A stretch of 64,000 bases of DNA, from IMG/VR virus record IMGVR_UViG_3300042988_001200. One strand, 5' to 3'. This DNA comes from a virus. Lineage: Duplodnaviria > Caudoviricetes. The translations under genes and the position numbers were made by a program. Position 1 is the stretch's first letter, and each line of letters begins with the position of its first letter. This document shows positions 8,039 to 17,031 of the stretch, in pieces. The notes under the pieces were generated by a model. The model saw nothing but the letters and a program-made list of their open reading frames with translations. It made no database searches and was not told the DNA's origin.

Positions 8039-9530
8039 AATCTATTAATAGAGCCTCAATAGGTTGATATCTAGGATTAGATAGAACTTCAGTATTAAGT
8101 ATAGACTTAGGTTCCAGACTACAATCATTCATTAGAGCTTTAAGTAATGATTCACTAAACCCACTAACTAGACTAACCCCCGGGGTGCTACATGAGGGAT
8201 AATCCATAGTATCACCTCTTAGATTCCAAAAGACTAGTTGAGGCATAGTATACCCATACTCTGAGTACAATGACTTAATCCCATCTAGATTAGTAGATAG
8301 ATTACCCTTATCGAACTCATCAAACTGACAATCACTAAATACCAATATGGTTCTAGGCATATCCTCTTGGGTTACTCTAGTCCCCCTAGCTTTGTCTAAT
8401 AGAACTTTAAAGGCTCCTCCAAAGTTAGTGTTATATCCTACCTCCATATCATTAAAGCTAGAGATTCTATCCTTTAATGTACTTCCTTTAATCTTAAAGA
8501 AGCTAGGCTTGTTTGTAAAGGTGATGATAAGGTCTTTGAATGGTGGGTTATTAAGTTCACTAACCATTAAACCAAGGGCTAGACATACATACATAGGGGT
8601 TCCATTCATTGAACCAGACACATCGCACATAGGTATAACCCCGTTTAATCTACCTTTAGATTTAAGTTCATCTACTAAGGTTTTCCATTGAGCTTCTATA
8701 ACCTTTTCTTGTAAGGCATTGTTATTAAATAAAAGGGCTTTAGTTATAGTATGAGGATAAAGGGTCCTAGCATTAATTTTAGACTCACAATTAGATAATC
8801 CTTCTATCCATTGAGTAAATCTTTGTTTATCATGTATCTCAAAGGCTTTACGGTATAAGTTCATAGCTATAGAAGGAACTTTAGAATAATCTATACTATC
8901 CCATTGATTAGAGCACATTTTTGACTCTACAATATCTATCTTTTGTCTAAGAGTAACAAGCATCTTTCTATAGCTCTTTTCCTTCATATTAAGAGCTATA
9001 AGTAGGTTACTATAGCTATCTCTATACTTCTTAGCTAGGGATTTATTAGGGGAGGGGGCCCATTTACCTACTAGAGATACATTATTCTTAGTAGATTTAT
9101 AGTCAGATATAAGCTGGTCACTAAGGACTTTAATAAAGGTTTTACTTTCATTAGAGTTACAATCCAGATTCATACCTAGTTGAATAGTGGTTTTCCAACT
9201 ACCATATTCAGCACTAAGATACCAAAATAAGGGGTTATTCAGTAATCTAAGTCTTAGATTCTCATAATTACCCCAGGGATTAGAGAAGGTAAATCTATAC
9301 ACATCCTTCCATTTCTTACCACCTCTAGGGTCTCTAGCATGAAATATAACCTTAAGAGTTTCTAGTAAATCCTCATCTAAACTCTCTTTTACTAGGTCTA
9401 TAAGTTTAGATTCATCTAATCCCTGATTGGTTTTAAAGAATAGATTAAGGACTTTACTCCCACTATCACCATAAGATAAAGCCCCGTTCTCTGTATATAC
9501 TTGGGTTTTATTAAATAGATTACTAAACAT
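8022..9530 (-). CDS. DUF2828-family vWA protein (TROVE/Ro60-like architecture)
   Basis: TENGALSY..SGSKVLNLFF, HARDPRGG, GKWAP, YRKMLVTLRQKIDIVESKMC..QWDSIDYSKVPSIAM, TLYPH, MIDAS motif CDVSGSM, FSDCQFD, PQLVFWNLR, LVSGFS. Confidence 0.88.
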   Translation of the reverse strand: MFSNLFNKTQVYTENGALSYGDSGSKVLNLFFKTNQGLDESKLIDLVKESLDEDLLETLKVIFHARDPRGGKKWKDVYRFTFSNPWGNYENLRLRLLNNPLFWYLSAEYGSWKTTIQLGMNLDCNSNESKTFIKVLSDQLISDYKSTKNNVSLVGKWAPSPNKSLAKKYRDSYSNLLIALNMKEKSYRKMLVTLRQKIDIVESKMCSNQWDSIDYSKVPSIAMNLYRKAFEIHDKQRFTQWIEGLSNCESKINARTLYPHTITKALLFNNNALQEKVIEAQWKTLVDELKSKGRLNGVIPMCDVSGSMNGTPMYVCLALGLMVSELNNPPFKDLIITFTNKPSFFKIKGSTLKDRISSFNDMEVGYNTNFGGAFKVLLDKARGTRVTQEDMPRTILVFSDCQFDEFDKGNLSTNLDGIKSLYSEYGYTMPQLVFWNLRGDTMDYPSCSTPGVSLVSGFSESLLKALMNDCSLEPKSILNTEVLSNPRYQPIEALLIDYEANN

Positions 9531-9554
9531 ACTACATTAATCCTTTCTTCTGTT

Positions 9555-9810
9555 TGCTGTAAGTAGTAAAGACTAGCTGCGTTTGGTTTATCTCTTTGAT
9601 ATAGATATTGCTGTTAGCAGCTATTAGGACACTGACTACGGGTTTATGCTTTTATATATGCTGTACGTAGTAACTAGTTGCATTTGTTTTATTTACAAGA
9701 TAAATAAGGTTTGCTGTATGCAACTATCAATATAGTGTAATAGGACTATTGTCTAACTGCTTTTGTCTTCCATATTGCAAAAGATATAACATTGCTGTTA
9801 GCAACTAATA
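9555..9810 (-). repeat. Array of five ACAGCA-containing stem-loop units upstream of the DUF2828 gene
   Basis: Plus-strand TGCTGT at 9555, 9609, 9659, 9712 and 9793 (spacing 54, 50, 53, 81). The minus-strand consensus is YTRCNNACAGCAW, preceded by GCAG/GTAG/GCAA-initiated partner strands. Confidence 0.8.
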
Positions 9811-9824
9811 ACCCTACTTCTTTT

Positions 9825-10328
9825 CTATATATCTATAGTATCACAATAATCCAACCAGGTATCAAAGATTTCTCTTCTTAGTTTAGAGTTGGGGGTAACA
9901 AGATATCCCTCAAGCGCATCATCTAGGATATCCTCTAGACTACATCTAGATTGGTTTACTAGTCCTATAAGATTCTTTAATCCTCTTATACAATCTTCCC
10001 ATATTTGTATATTAGGTATAGAGTGTGGGGAGAGGGGGTATCTATCTACATATTTAAGTATAAGAATATATAAATATGGTAATACCCTAGGTCTATACTT
10101 TTTAAAAGATAAGTAAACTATAAGAAGATTATATATCTCTTTATAGACCTCTGATGGATTATAGAAATATAGATTATCTAAACCTATAAGTATAAAGGGG
10201 AGACCCAGGTATAAATAATTCTTATGGTTATCTAGAATCCATCTTATAGAGATAGATAAAGAATCTTCTACTAGAGAATCTTCATAGAACTGGAGGTACT
10301 TAGTATTTTTTATAGATTGTATATTCAA
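9825..10328 (-). CDS. Hypothetical protein
   Basis: 167-aa ORF; its start overlaps the upstream stop as ATGA. Confidence 0.65.
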   Translation of the reverse strand: MNIQSIKNTKYLQFYEDSLVEDSLSISIRWILDNHKNYLYLGLPFILIGLDNLYFYNPSEVYKEIYNLLIVYLSFKKYRPRVLPYLYILILKYVDRYPLSPHSIPNIQIWEDCIRGLKNLIGLVNQSRCSLEDILDDALEGYLVTPNSKLRREIFDTWLDYCDTIDI

Positions 10329-11152
10329 TATTCAATGAAAGAACCAACAGGATAAAATTTCTTTAAGTCAAATTCTATTTCGTTATAGATTTCTAGAGGA
10401 AGGGATTCTACTTCCTTTTTATCTAGAGGATTGATGATAAATACCCTAGTAGAAGTACAGATATACATCTTTGTAACCCCCTGTTCTTCTATAACCTTAA
10501 GGAAAAGGACTTTTTCTCCATAGGCTCTATGAGCATTAATATTACTATAGATAGAATTTCTAGCATCATCTACTCCTTTTACAAAGGTAAATGAGTGGAA
10601 CTCTGGGTCATATAGGTAAGTTCCTTTAGAACTATGAATCCTTCTATGTTCCTCTGGAGTAAGATACTCTAGAGTTCTAATATCATTATTCCAAGGGTCA
10701 ATCATCCAGTGATGGCAGTGTAGTCCTTTAATAGAATCTAGATTATCACTAGCTAGACACATAACTAGACTATATAGAGGTACATAATATGAGTCTCCTA
10801 TTAAACCTTTAGTCTCTAGTTTCTTTATAGCCTCTACTGGAAGACTTTTATATAGAGATAGAACATTAACATATGCCCTTGGTTTGTCCTGACTATCTAA
10901 TCTAAAGGTGTATGAAATCTTATGACAGGTCTCTGAACCATTTCTTAGATTATAGAACCCTACTCTTGCTATTCCACTACCTCTACTTTCTATGGAGTTA
11001 CTGTATAGACTCTTATGGGTAAATGTAGAAATATTCTTAATGTAAGTGTATCTTTCCTTTAGACCTAGGACTTTCTCTTTATATTCTTTCTCTAAACTTT
11101 TACCATTATAGGTTTCATTGATAAAACTCTCTAGATTTAATACAGTAGTCAT
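10325..11152 (-). CDS. HNH endonuclease (HNH_3-like, possibly a homing type)
   Basis: LHCHHWMIDPWNNDIRTLEYLTPEEHRRIH matches the HH..D..NN...L..L...EH...H pattern. Confidence 0.75.
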   Translation of the reverse strand: MTTVLNLESFINETYNGKSLEKEYKEKVLGLKERYTYIKNISTFTHKSLYSNSIESRGSGIARVGFYNLRNGSETCHKISYTFRLDSQDKPRAYVNVLSLYKSLPVEAIKKLETKGLIGDSYYVPLYSLVMCLASDNLDSIKGLHCHHWMIDPWNNDIRTLEYLTPEEHRRIHSSKGTYLYDPEFHSFTFVKGVDDARNSIYSNINAHRAYGEKVLFLKVIEEQGVTKMYICTSTRVFIINPLDKKEVESLPLEIYNEIEFDLKKFYPVGSFIEY

Positions 11153-11281
11153 ATATCACCTCTAAGGTTATTTTCTAGGAAATAAGAAGGACTAGTTTCT
11201 AGAATAGCCCTTCTCATCTAGGTGTAAATTAATTATAACATGAAACTTTGGATATATGGGTTAATCTAGCATAATGATTTG

Positions 11282-12028
11282 TTATGGATAGAACTTTTCA
11301 TATAGGGTTTTTCTACTATTAAAGGGAAGGCTATCTATACTTAATCTTTTAGATTGAAGTATGGTATTAACTTCTTCCTTTGATAGATAAAAGCATTTGT
11401 AGGGTCTATATCTATAGTAGTGAGTAAAGGGTTGGGCTTCTAGTTTAATTTTACAGATACTGTGATTGAGTTCTGTATTAGATATTCCAAGGATTTTAGC
11501 TAGTTCCAGACTAAGAAGTAATTTAGAGGTTTGAGTTTTAATAGATTGAAAGAAGGTGATATTTCCTTTTAGAGTTCTTTCTAAGATTCTACCCTCTATA
11601 AGAAAGTCTATACAATCAACCCTACTTTTAAATTTAAGTCTTAGTTGTTCTCTAGTACAGTTACAGACTTTATCCTTATGGGTATGTATATGCCCTACAA
11701 CCCTTACTTCTTCTGGGTTTAGTCTACCTTGTAACTCTGTAGAGATTAATTCCTTGGTAGGTACAATCCAAGTTTTATTAGGAGATTGTTCAAGAGATAT
11801 ATACTCCAGTTCTATAAGTTTATTTATATCCTGTATTAGTTTTCTAGAGTAAACCTTTATACCTATATTAGACTTTATCCAGGTGTAGTTATATTGAGCT
11901 TTCCCTTTGGTGTATACGTATATGAGTAAAGCATATTGATTTATGGTTAGACCGATATTCTCTATTTCTTCAAGGGTTAATGGTTGTAGAGAGGTTGATA
12001 GGGATTCCATTGGGACATTGGTTATCAT
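11282..12028 (-). CDS. Putative DNA-binding protein with tandem winged-helix/HTH-like units
   Basis: LTINQYALLIYV...KLIQDINKLIELEYIS, then a second similar unit, then SLELAKILGISNTELNHSI. Confidence 0.5.
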   Translation of the reverse strand: MITNVPMESLSTSLQPLTLEEIENIGLTINQYALLIYVYTKGKAQYNYTWIKSNIGIKVYSRKLIQDINKLIELEYISLEQSPNKTWIVPTKELISTELQGRLNPEEVRVVGHIHTHKDKVCNCTREQLRLKFKSRVDCIDFLIEGRILERTLKGNITFFQSIKTQTSKLLLSLELAKILGISNTELNHSICKIKLEAQPFTHYYRYRPYKCFYLSKEEVNTILQSKRLSIDSLPFNSRKTLYEKFYP

Positions 12029-12287
12029 TATATCCAGACTTACTTATCCAAAATTTACTAGATATAGAGAGTTCTTGTTTTAATTTGTCATCTTTTATTA
12101 CTTCATCTAGTCTATATAGATTAAAGGAGGTGTTTTGCCATGCAATGTATATCTCTGTATTAGGTTCTATCACTAAGGGGTGGGTACATAAGGGGTGGGT
12201 GATAGTGAGACTAGATATAATAAATGGAATACATGAGTTAAGGAGAAATAGAAAGGTTAAAGGAGACATAAAGAATATTAAAGACAT
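11970..12287 (-). CDS. Small exported protein or lipoprotein with a Cys pair; paralog of 3853..4182
   Basis: Hydrophobic N-terminus with LLNSC (lipobox-like), plus LTITHPLC and GYNDNQCPNGIPINL. Confidence 0.65.
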   Translation of the reverse strand: MSLIFFMSPLTFLFLLNSCIPFIISSLTITHPLCTHPLVIEPNTEIYIAWQNTSFNLYRLDEVIKDDKLKQELSISSKFWISKSGYNDNQCPNGIPINLSTTINP

Positions 12288-12320
12288 AGGTTATGTAGGG
12301 GGTGTATACCCCCTTATTTA

Positions 12321-12740
12321 TTAGATAACAGATAGAAGTTCTTTAGGTAGATTGTTTTTATCTACTAACCGACCAAGAGAGATAGACCTACCTAGTTTGT
12401 ATGAGAAGTTATCCTTTTCTCCTAGGATAGAGAAGTCATAGTAGGTTCTGCCCTTTACTTCTACTACACAGATAGTAGCTATAGGTTTAGAGTGTTTAGG
12501 AGGTTTACCCTGACCATATGAAACTTTAGATATTTCTATAAGTTTATTTTTTATAGAGGTTAGTCTATCTTTATATTCAAACTGAAACTCATAGAAGTTC
12601 TTTATATATTCATCTTTTGATAGTTTGTCTTTAAAGGGATAGTTTTCATATCCTCCAGATATCCTTTTATCTAGAGGTAGGATTCTTAGGTGATGAAACT
12701 TAATAGTAAACAAGGAGTCTTCAATCTTTAGGTTATACAT
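12321..12740 (-). CDS. Small phage protein with a TIC...DNF...GR.I..GR motif
   Basis: ATICVVEVKGRTYYDFSILGEKDNFSYKLGRSISLGRL; AGAGGA RBS upstream. Confidence 0.65.
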   Translation of the reverse strand: MYNLKIEDSLFTIKFHHLRILPLDKRISGGYENYPFKDKLSKDEYIKNFYEFQFEYKDRLTSIKNKLIEISKVSYGQGKPPKHSKPIATICVVEVKGRTYYDFSILGEKDNFSYKLGRSISLGRLVDKNNLPKELLSVI

Positions 12741-12758
12741 ATTTTCCTCTTAAAGAAT

Positions 12759-12983
12759 CTAGTTATGTAAATCCCATCCAAGGGGGAATGACTTAACGAT
12801 ATAGTCTAAGTGTTGTTTATGAGTTTTAGATAAAGAGTGATAGTTCGATAGATTAGTTATATGATGCTTAAGGGTTGTACGAGAGTATGGGACTAGGCGT
12901 TTATAGCTATGAGTTTTAACAGAGAATGAGATATCAATAAAGTCCTTCCAGGTAGGGTCTATTAATTCCCAAGTGTAAATCAT
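12759..12983 (-). CDS. Hypothetical protein
   Basis: 74-aa ORF in the co-oriented run. Confidence 0.55.
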   Translation of the reverse strand: MIYTWELIDPTWKDFIDISFSVKTHSYKRLVPYSRTTLKHHITNLSNYHSLSKTHKQHLDYIVKSFPLGWDLHN

Positions 12984-12986
12984 AGA

Positions 12987-13973
12987 TTAAGCTAAAGATA
13001 TAAGGTGGTTCTTCCAGATACAGGCTTCATCAATAACTTCCATAGACCTATCTATAGAACCAAGGGAGTAGTCTATGAATTCTTCTATAGAAGTTATAAG
13101 TTTAGTATTAAGGTTTATATGTAAACCTTTATTTGTTATTTTTTTTACTATCTTTAAATCTTTATCCGTCTCTTTTATCCTATACTCTATAGTCTCTAAA
13201 TCAAACTTCTTACATCCTCTAATATCCTCTTTTCTTATATTAAATATAAATATTTCCTTATGTTTAGATTCCCAATAAATAGGGATTATGGGACTAATAA
13301 TATTAATATAGAACTCATATATCTTTGCTTCTATATCTAGAATAAAAGTACATGGCTCAAATTCTATACTACCTTCTTTACCTAGATACAATTGTAATAA
13401 GGCTCTAATTTTAGGGATATCTACTTTAATAAGCTCTGGATTCTGAAGAATAAACTGACATAGAAGAACGTATATAAAGAATTCCTTATATGAGAGTATA
13501 TCTAAGGATTCAATATTTCTATTTGTTAGATTAGTAATAACCTCTTTATAGTTAGGTTCATCCCATCTAAACAGATGTTTATAGATATAAAGATTAAAGG
13601 TAAGGAGATTAATCCTCCCTTTTTGATATAGAGATTGAGCTATTTGATATACAAGGTTATGTAGATTAAAGGTAAGGAATACTTCTATATCAAAGTTTTG
13701 AAATGGGTATGAATTACTATACTGTTCTAGATTTATATCTTTAAATAGAGATATGAATAGAGGTAGATAGTCCTCGTTAATATTACCCTCTAGTTGATAT
13801 TCAATCCTATCTGAGTATATAAGATAGTGGGTATCTGTATAGAACTTCTTATTCAATATAGATATTTCTACTAGATGGTTATCTATAGAATTAGATTCTA
13901 GTAGGTAATCAGAGTACATATTAGGGATAAATCTAGACTTAACTTTATTAAGTAAAGTGATATTAAGAACCAT
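12987..13973 (-). CDS. Hypothetical protein
   Basis: 328-aa ORF tightly packed with its neighbours. Confidence 0.7.
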   Translation of the reverse strand: MVLNITLLNKVKSRFIPNMYSDYLLESNSIDNHLVEISILNKKFYTDTHYLIYSDRIEYQLEGNINEDYLPLFISLFKDINLEQYSNSYPFQNFDIEVFLTFNLHNLVYQIAQSLYQKGRINLLTFNLYIYKHLFRWDEPNYKEVITNLTNRNIESLDILSYKEFFIYVLLCQFILQNPELIKVDIPKIRALLQLYLGKEGSIEFEPCTFILDIEAKIYEFYINIISPIIPIYWESKHKEIFIFNIRKEDIRGCKKFDLETIEYRIKETDKDLKIVKKITNKGLHINLNTKLITSIEEFIDYSLGSIDRSMEVIDEACIWKNHLISLA

Positions 13974-13974
13974 A

Positions 13975-14484
13975 TTAAAGAAAGAATAAATTAGGATTTA
14001 TAGGGATTTGATGTAATAGATTCTTATCTATATCAAATATAGATATATATGCTGGGTTATATATTTGAAGTACCTTCCATTCTTTTCTAGAAGGAAAGAA
14101 TCCATCTATATCATCTAGGCAGAATATATATTTATATTTATCATTAGGTAGATAGGAACTATTCCACCATTCGTAATTAGAAGGTATTAGTTTATTAATA
14201 CTTTTATAAGAAATAAATATACTAGGATTTCCTTCTTTATCTTTTATAATGGCAGTTACATTTCTTTCTATAACTTTAGATTCAAAACCTTTAATAGAAT
14301 TTAAAGCATTACTTATAGCTCTAGCGCCTTTTTCTTTGGATAGAATAATAACAAAACAGGGTGGTTCTAAACAACTAATACTTTTTTTAAGAGCTTTAAT
14401 AGATATAAATCCAGGACATAATATTACAGTTCTAGGCTGATAGTTTATTATCATATTGAATAAAGAGGGGGTATAAACCCCCAT
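13975..14484 (-). CDS. Hypothetical protein, possibly a degenerate P-loop/RecA-like fold
   Basis: Walker-B-like YIFCLDDIDG; no Walker A recognisable. Confidence 0.55.
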   Translation of the reverse strand: MGVYTPSLFNMIINYQPRTVILCPGFISIKALKKSISCLEPPCFVIILSKEKGARAISNALNSIKGFESKVIERNVTAIIKDKEGNPSIFISYKSINKLIPSNYEWWNSSYLPNDKYKYIFCLDDIDGFFPSRKEWKVLQIYNPAYISIFDIDKNLLHQIPINPNLFFL

Positions 14485-14490
14485 TACAAT

Positions 14491-14829
14491 TTAATAAAGT
14501 ACCGTATGAATCATATCTTCTATAGACATAGGGGGGAAACTAGAGGGTCTTTTAAGTTGAATCCAGGATAGAAAGGCTATAGCTACAATAGGATGAACCC
14601 AAGTTCCTTGTTTACTATAGTCCCCTCCTACCTTAATATCTGTAGTTTTACACCCTTTTTCTTGTAGTTTATTAACAAGAACTATAGTAGAAGGAAGATT
14701 AAGAAAAGCATTAACTCTTAGATTATGTTTTTTAGCTAAGGGAGTTATATAGACCAGGTTATCACTTTCTCTTATATCTACCTTGACCTTCTGTAGACCC
14801 AGGGAGGTATCACTATTGATTGAGACCAT
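14491..14829 (-). CDS. KilA-N/APSES DNA-binding protein
   Basis: IRESDNLVYITPLAK...NAFLNLPST...GGDYSKQGTWVHPIVAIAFLSWI. Confidence 0.88.
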   Translation of the reverse strand: MVSINSDTSLGLQKVKVDIRESDNLVYITPLAKKHNLRVNAFLNLPSTIVLVNKLQEKGCKTTDIKVGGDYSKQGTWVHPIVAIAFLSWIQLKRPSSFPPMSIEDMIHTVLY

Positions 14830-15188
14830 ATATTTAGACCTTCTTTCTTTGCTTTATCTTCTAGTGAATTAAACTCAATATCAGTACAGTATAGAGAATA
14901 AGTATGGGCTAGACCTTCTGCTACTAGTTCTTTACTTACATCTATACCGGTCTCATTAGTAATCTTACTTATGTTTCTTCCATATATATCTACTCCTAAT
15001 ACTTCAATGGTTAATTTTTGATTGGAGATTAATGAATTTAGTCTTTGTCTAGATTCTGGTCCATAGTTTTGACTTAGTTCTGGAGCATCTATACAATATA
15101 ATCTATGTCTAACGTTATTTATCTTTAGAGTATCTCCATCTATAACGTAAGGAAGTAAAGATACTAATGCAATAACTATGATATTCAT
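14778..15188 (-). CDS. Thermonuclease (staphylococcal nuclease family) with a signal peptide
   Basis: VIDGDTL, RLYCIDAPE, DIYGR, LVAEGLA, EDKAKKEGLNIW, PPWVYR; hydrophobic N-terminus. Confidence 0.92.
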   Translation of the reverse strand: MNIIVIALVSLLPYVIDGDTLKINNVRHRLYCIDAPELSQNYGPESRQRLNSLISNQKLTIEVLGVDIYGRNISKITNETGIDVSKELVAEGLAHTYSLYCTDIEFNSLEDKAKKEGLNIWSQSIVIPPWVYRRSR

Positions 15189-15218
15189 AATAGATATATT
15201 CTATATGTATTTATTATA

Positions 15219-15536
15219 ATGGAGAGTACAAAGTGGAAAGGGGTTTATAGAGATAACGGAAAGTTAGTTTATAGAGGATTAAAGTTTGAGGATTTCAATA
15301 AACCTAAACCAAGTAATAAAAAGGATAAGAAGTTTATGGTTCTAGCTAAATATAAAGAAGATATTAAACTTGTTCATTTTGGTGCTAAGGGATATAGTGA
15401 TTACACTAAGCATAAAGACCCTAAGAGAAGGGATAATTATAGAGCTAGACATGAGGCTATACTTAATAAAGAAGGTAAGCCTGCATACAAAGACCCGTTA
15501 TCCCCAGCCTATTGGGCATATAACTATTTATGGTAG
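15219..15536 (+). CDS. Basic protein of the DUF5754-like family
   Basis: KKFMV...VHFGAKGYSDYTKHKDPKRRDNYRARH...SPAYWAYNYLW; the family is recalled, not searched. Confidence 0.65.
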   Translation: MESTKWKGVYRDNGKLVYRGLKFEDFNKPKPSNKKDKKFMVLAKYKEDIKLVHFGAKGYSDYTKHKDPKRRDNYRARHEAILNKEGKPAYKDPLSPAYWAYNYLW

Positions 15537-15991
15537 AACTTTTAACTTTAACCCCCACTATACTTATAGAATCTATAGGTGTATTTAGTTCCATTACCTC
15601 CCATGAATCTACTATAACTTTATTAAATGGAGTTATAGAGATAAACAATCTACTTAACTCTAAACAATCGGAGTTGGATTATATATCTAAAGAACTAGAT
15701 ATACCTTTATCTTTATTTTTAAATAAAAGATTTGTAGTAAAAGATAGTAATGTTCTTTATTTATGTAATAATTTATTAGAGATAAGAACTTATATTAAGC
15801 CTAAGTTAGCGGTAAGGGTTGATATAGATTTAGAGTTAAAGGGTTATATAGAGGATGAGGACTTATTTCCTTATATGAAACAATGGTTTAAGCCATCTCC
15901 TTTGGTTTATATAGATAAATATGTCTATCCTCTAGAGGTAGAAGGAGATAAAGTCTATTACTCTTATACTAAGAGGTATAAGATAGATTAA
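15530..15991 (+). CDS. Hypothetical protein
   Basis: 153-aa ORF overlapping the upstream stop. Confidence 0.6.
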   Translation: MVELLTLTPTILIESIGVFSSITSHESTITLLNGVIEINNLLNSKQSELDYISKELDIPLSLFLNKRFVVKDSNVLYLCNNLLEIRTYIKPKLAVRVDIDLELKGYIEDEDLFPYMKQWFKPSPLVYIDKYVYPLEVEGDKVYYSYTKRYKID

Positions 15992-16043
15992 TTTCTTATA
16001 TAAGAAATATATATAATATTAAAAGTAAACATAATAAAAAGCT

Positions 16044-16223
16044 ATGATATATTATAATTTAGGTTCATTACCCTCAGAGATTAGAAGTGTAAATGCTTCT
16101 ATTTCTATGCCAAGGTTTAATGCTGCTAGAATGGAGACTCCTATTCCTATTTCTAGACCTTCTGGTACTAGTTCTTTTAGTAGAGCTAGAGGTCCTGGTA
16201 TTGGGTATTTATTTCAACAATAA
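16044..16223 (+). CDS. 59-aa Ser/Pro/Arg-rich peptide (not in the ORF track)
   Basis: MIYYNLGSLPSEIRSVNASISMPRFNAARMETPIPISRPSGTSSFSRARGPGIGYLFQQ*, followed by the hairpin GCTCTATA-GATGA-TATAGAGC. Confidence 0.5.
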   Translation: MIYYNLGSLPSEIRSVNASISMPRFNAARMETPIPISRPSGTSSFSRARGPGIGYLFQQ

Positions 16224-16305
16224 GTTCTAATAAATATAGGCTCTATAGATGATATAGAGCTTATACCTTTTATGTTATATTAATTAGATAAATATAGAGA
16301 ATGAT

Positions 16306-16638
16306 ATGTATAAGTTATTAGATAAGAGTTATAGATTAGTTGGAGAGATGAATGATAAAACCCTAGTAGATGAAATAAAGGGTGTTGTGAAGTATACATT
16401 AGGGTACATAGACTTTAACTTTTTAAAGAAGAAGAGTAATAAAGTTCTAGGTAATTTAATTAATATTCCTCTTGATATTTATATAGAGGAGCCAACAGAT
16501 GAGGGTTTTAGGTTATATAAATTAGATTCTATTGATTATATGAGTACGGTTAATCAAGGAATCAATATAGGAGTAAAGGATATGGTAGTAAGTCTAAAGG
16601 AGTTTACAGATAGTAATTTAACTAGAGAAGCTCTATGA
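16306..16638 (+). CDS. Hypothetical protein
   Basis: 110-aa ORF coupled to the next gene by ATGA. Confidence 0.6.
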   Translation: MYKLLDKSYRLVGEMNDKTLVDEIKGVVKYTLGYIDFNFLKKKSNKVLGNLINIPLDIYIEEPTDEGFRLYKLDSIDYMSTVNQGINIGVKDMVVSLKEFTDSNLTREAL

Positions 16639-16853
16639 TTAAGAATTTATTAAGAAGATTAAGGAATCTATATAGACTCTCTAATATAGATATAGACAGA
16701 CACTCTTTAGATTTAACTACTATAAGAAAGATTTATATAGAGACTTTAGATTTAACAGATAAGGATATAGATACATATGAAATTGGTAGTTTGCATGGGT
16801 CATCGAGTATTAAGGACCACTCCTCCTATGATAGGTTTAGTCTTAGAAGGTAG
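16635..16853 (+). CDS. Hypothetical protein
   Basis: 72-aa ORF coupled to the previous gene by ATGA. Confidence 0.5.
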   Translation: MIKNLLRRLRNLYRLSNIDIDRHSLDLTTIRKIYIETLDLTDKDIDTYEIGSLHGSSSIKDHSSYDRFSLRR

Positions 16854-17031
16854 TATTAACTTAATGATTAAGGGTAGACCTGTTTCTTATATAGGGGCTA
16901 AGACGCTAGGAGGTTTAATTCTTACAGGTAGTAAAAGGTTATATATAAAAGGTAGACCAATAGCCCTTCATCTAGGTAAACTAACTAATGGTATAACTTT
17001 AGAGGGATGTTTTAATATAACAAGTGTATGA
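16828..17031 (+). CDS. PAAR-repeat spike tip protein (start probably 16828 rather than 16777)
   Basis: Repeats GLVLEGSINLMIKGRPVSYIG / GLILTGSKRLYIKGRPIALHLG / GITLEGCFNITSV. Confidence 0.8.
   Translation: MIGLVLEGSINLMIKGRPVSYIGAKTLGGLILTGSKRLYIKGRPIALHLGKLTNGITLEGCFNITSV

Noticed and set aside
9555-9810. ACAGCA array as a mini-CRISPR
   Set aside because: The conserved core is only about 6-13 nt, not a 23-47 nt near-identical repeat.
10325-11152. HNH gene as part of a group I intron or as partner of the dead ATPase
   Set aside because: The flanking genes are not two halves of one gene, and it lies 3.6 kb from the ATPase with unrelated genes between.
5158-15648. Opposite-strand or overlapping ORFs 5158, 8347, 9889, 11556, 11980, 13075, 14249, 15370, 15463
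   Set aside because: Each overlaps a better-supported gene almost entirely and has no recognisable features.
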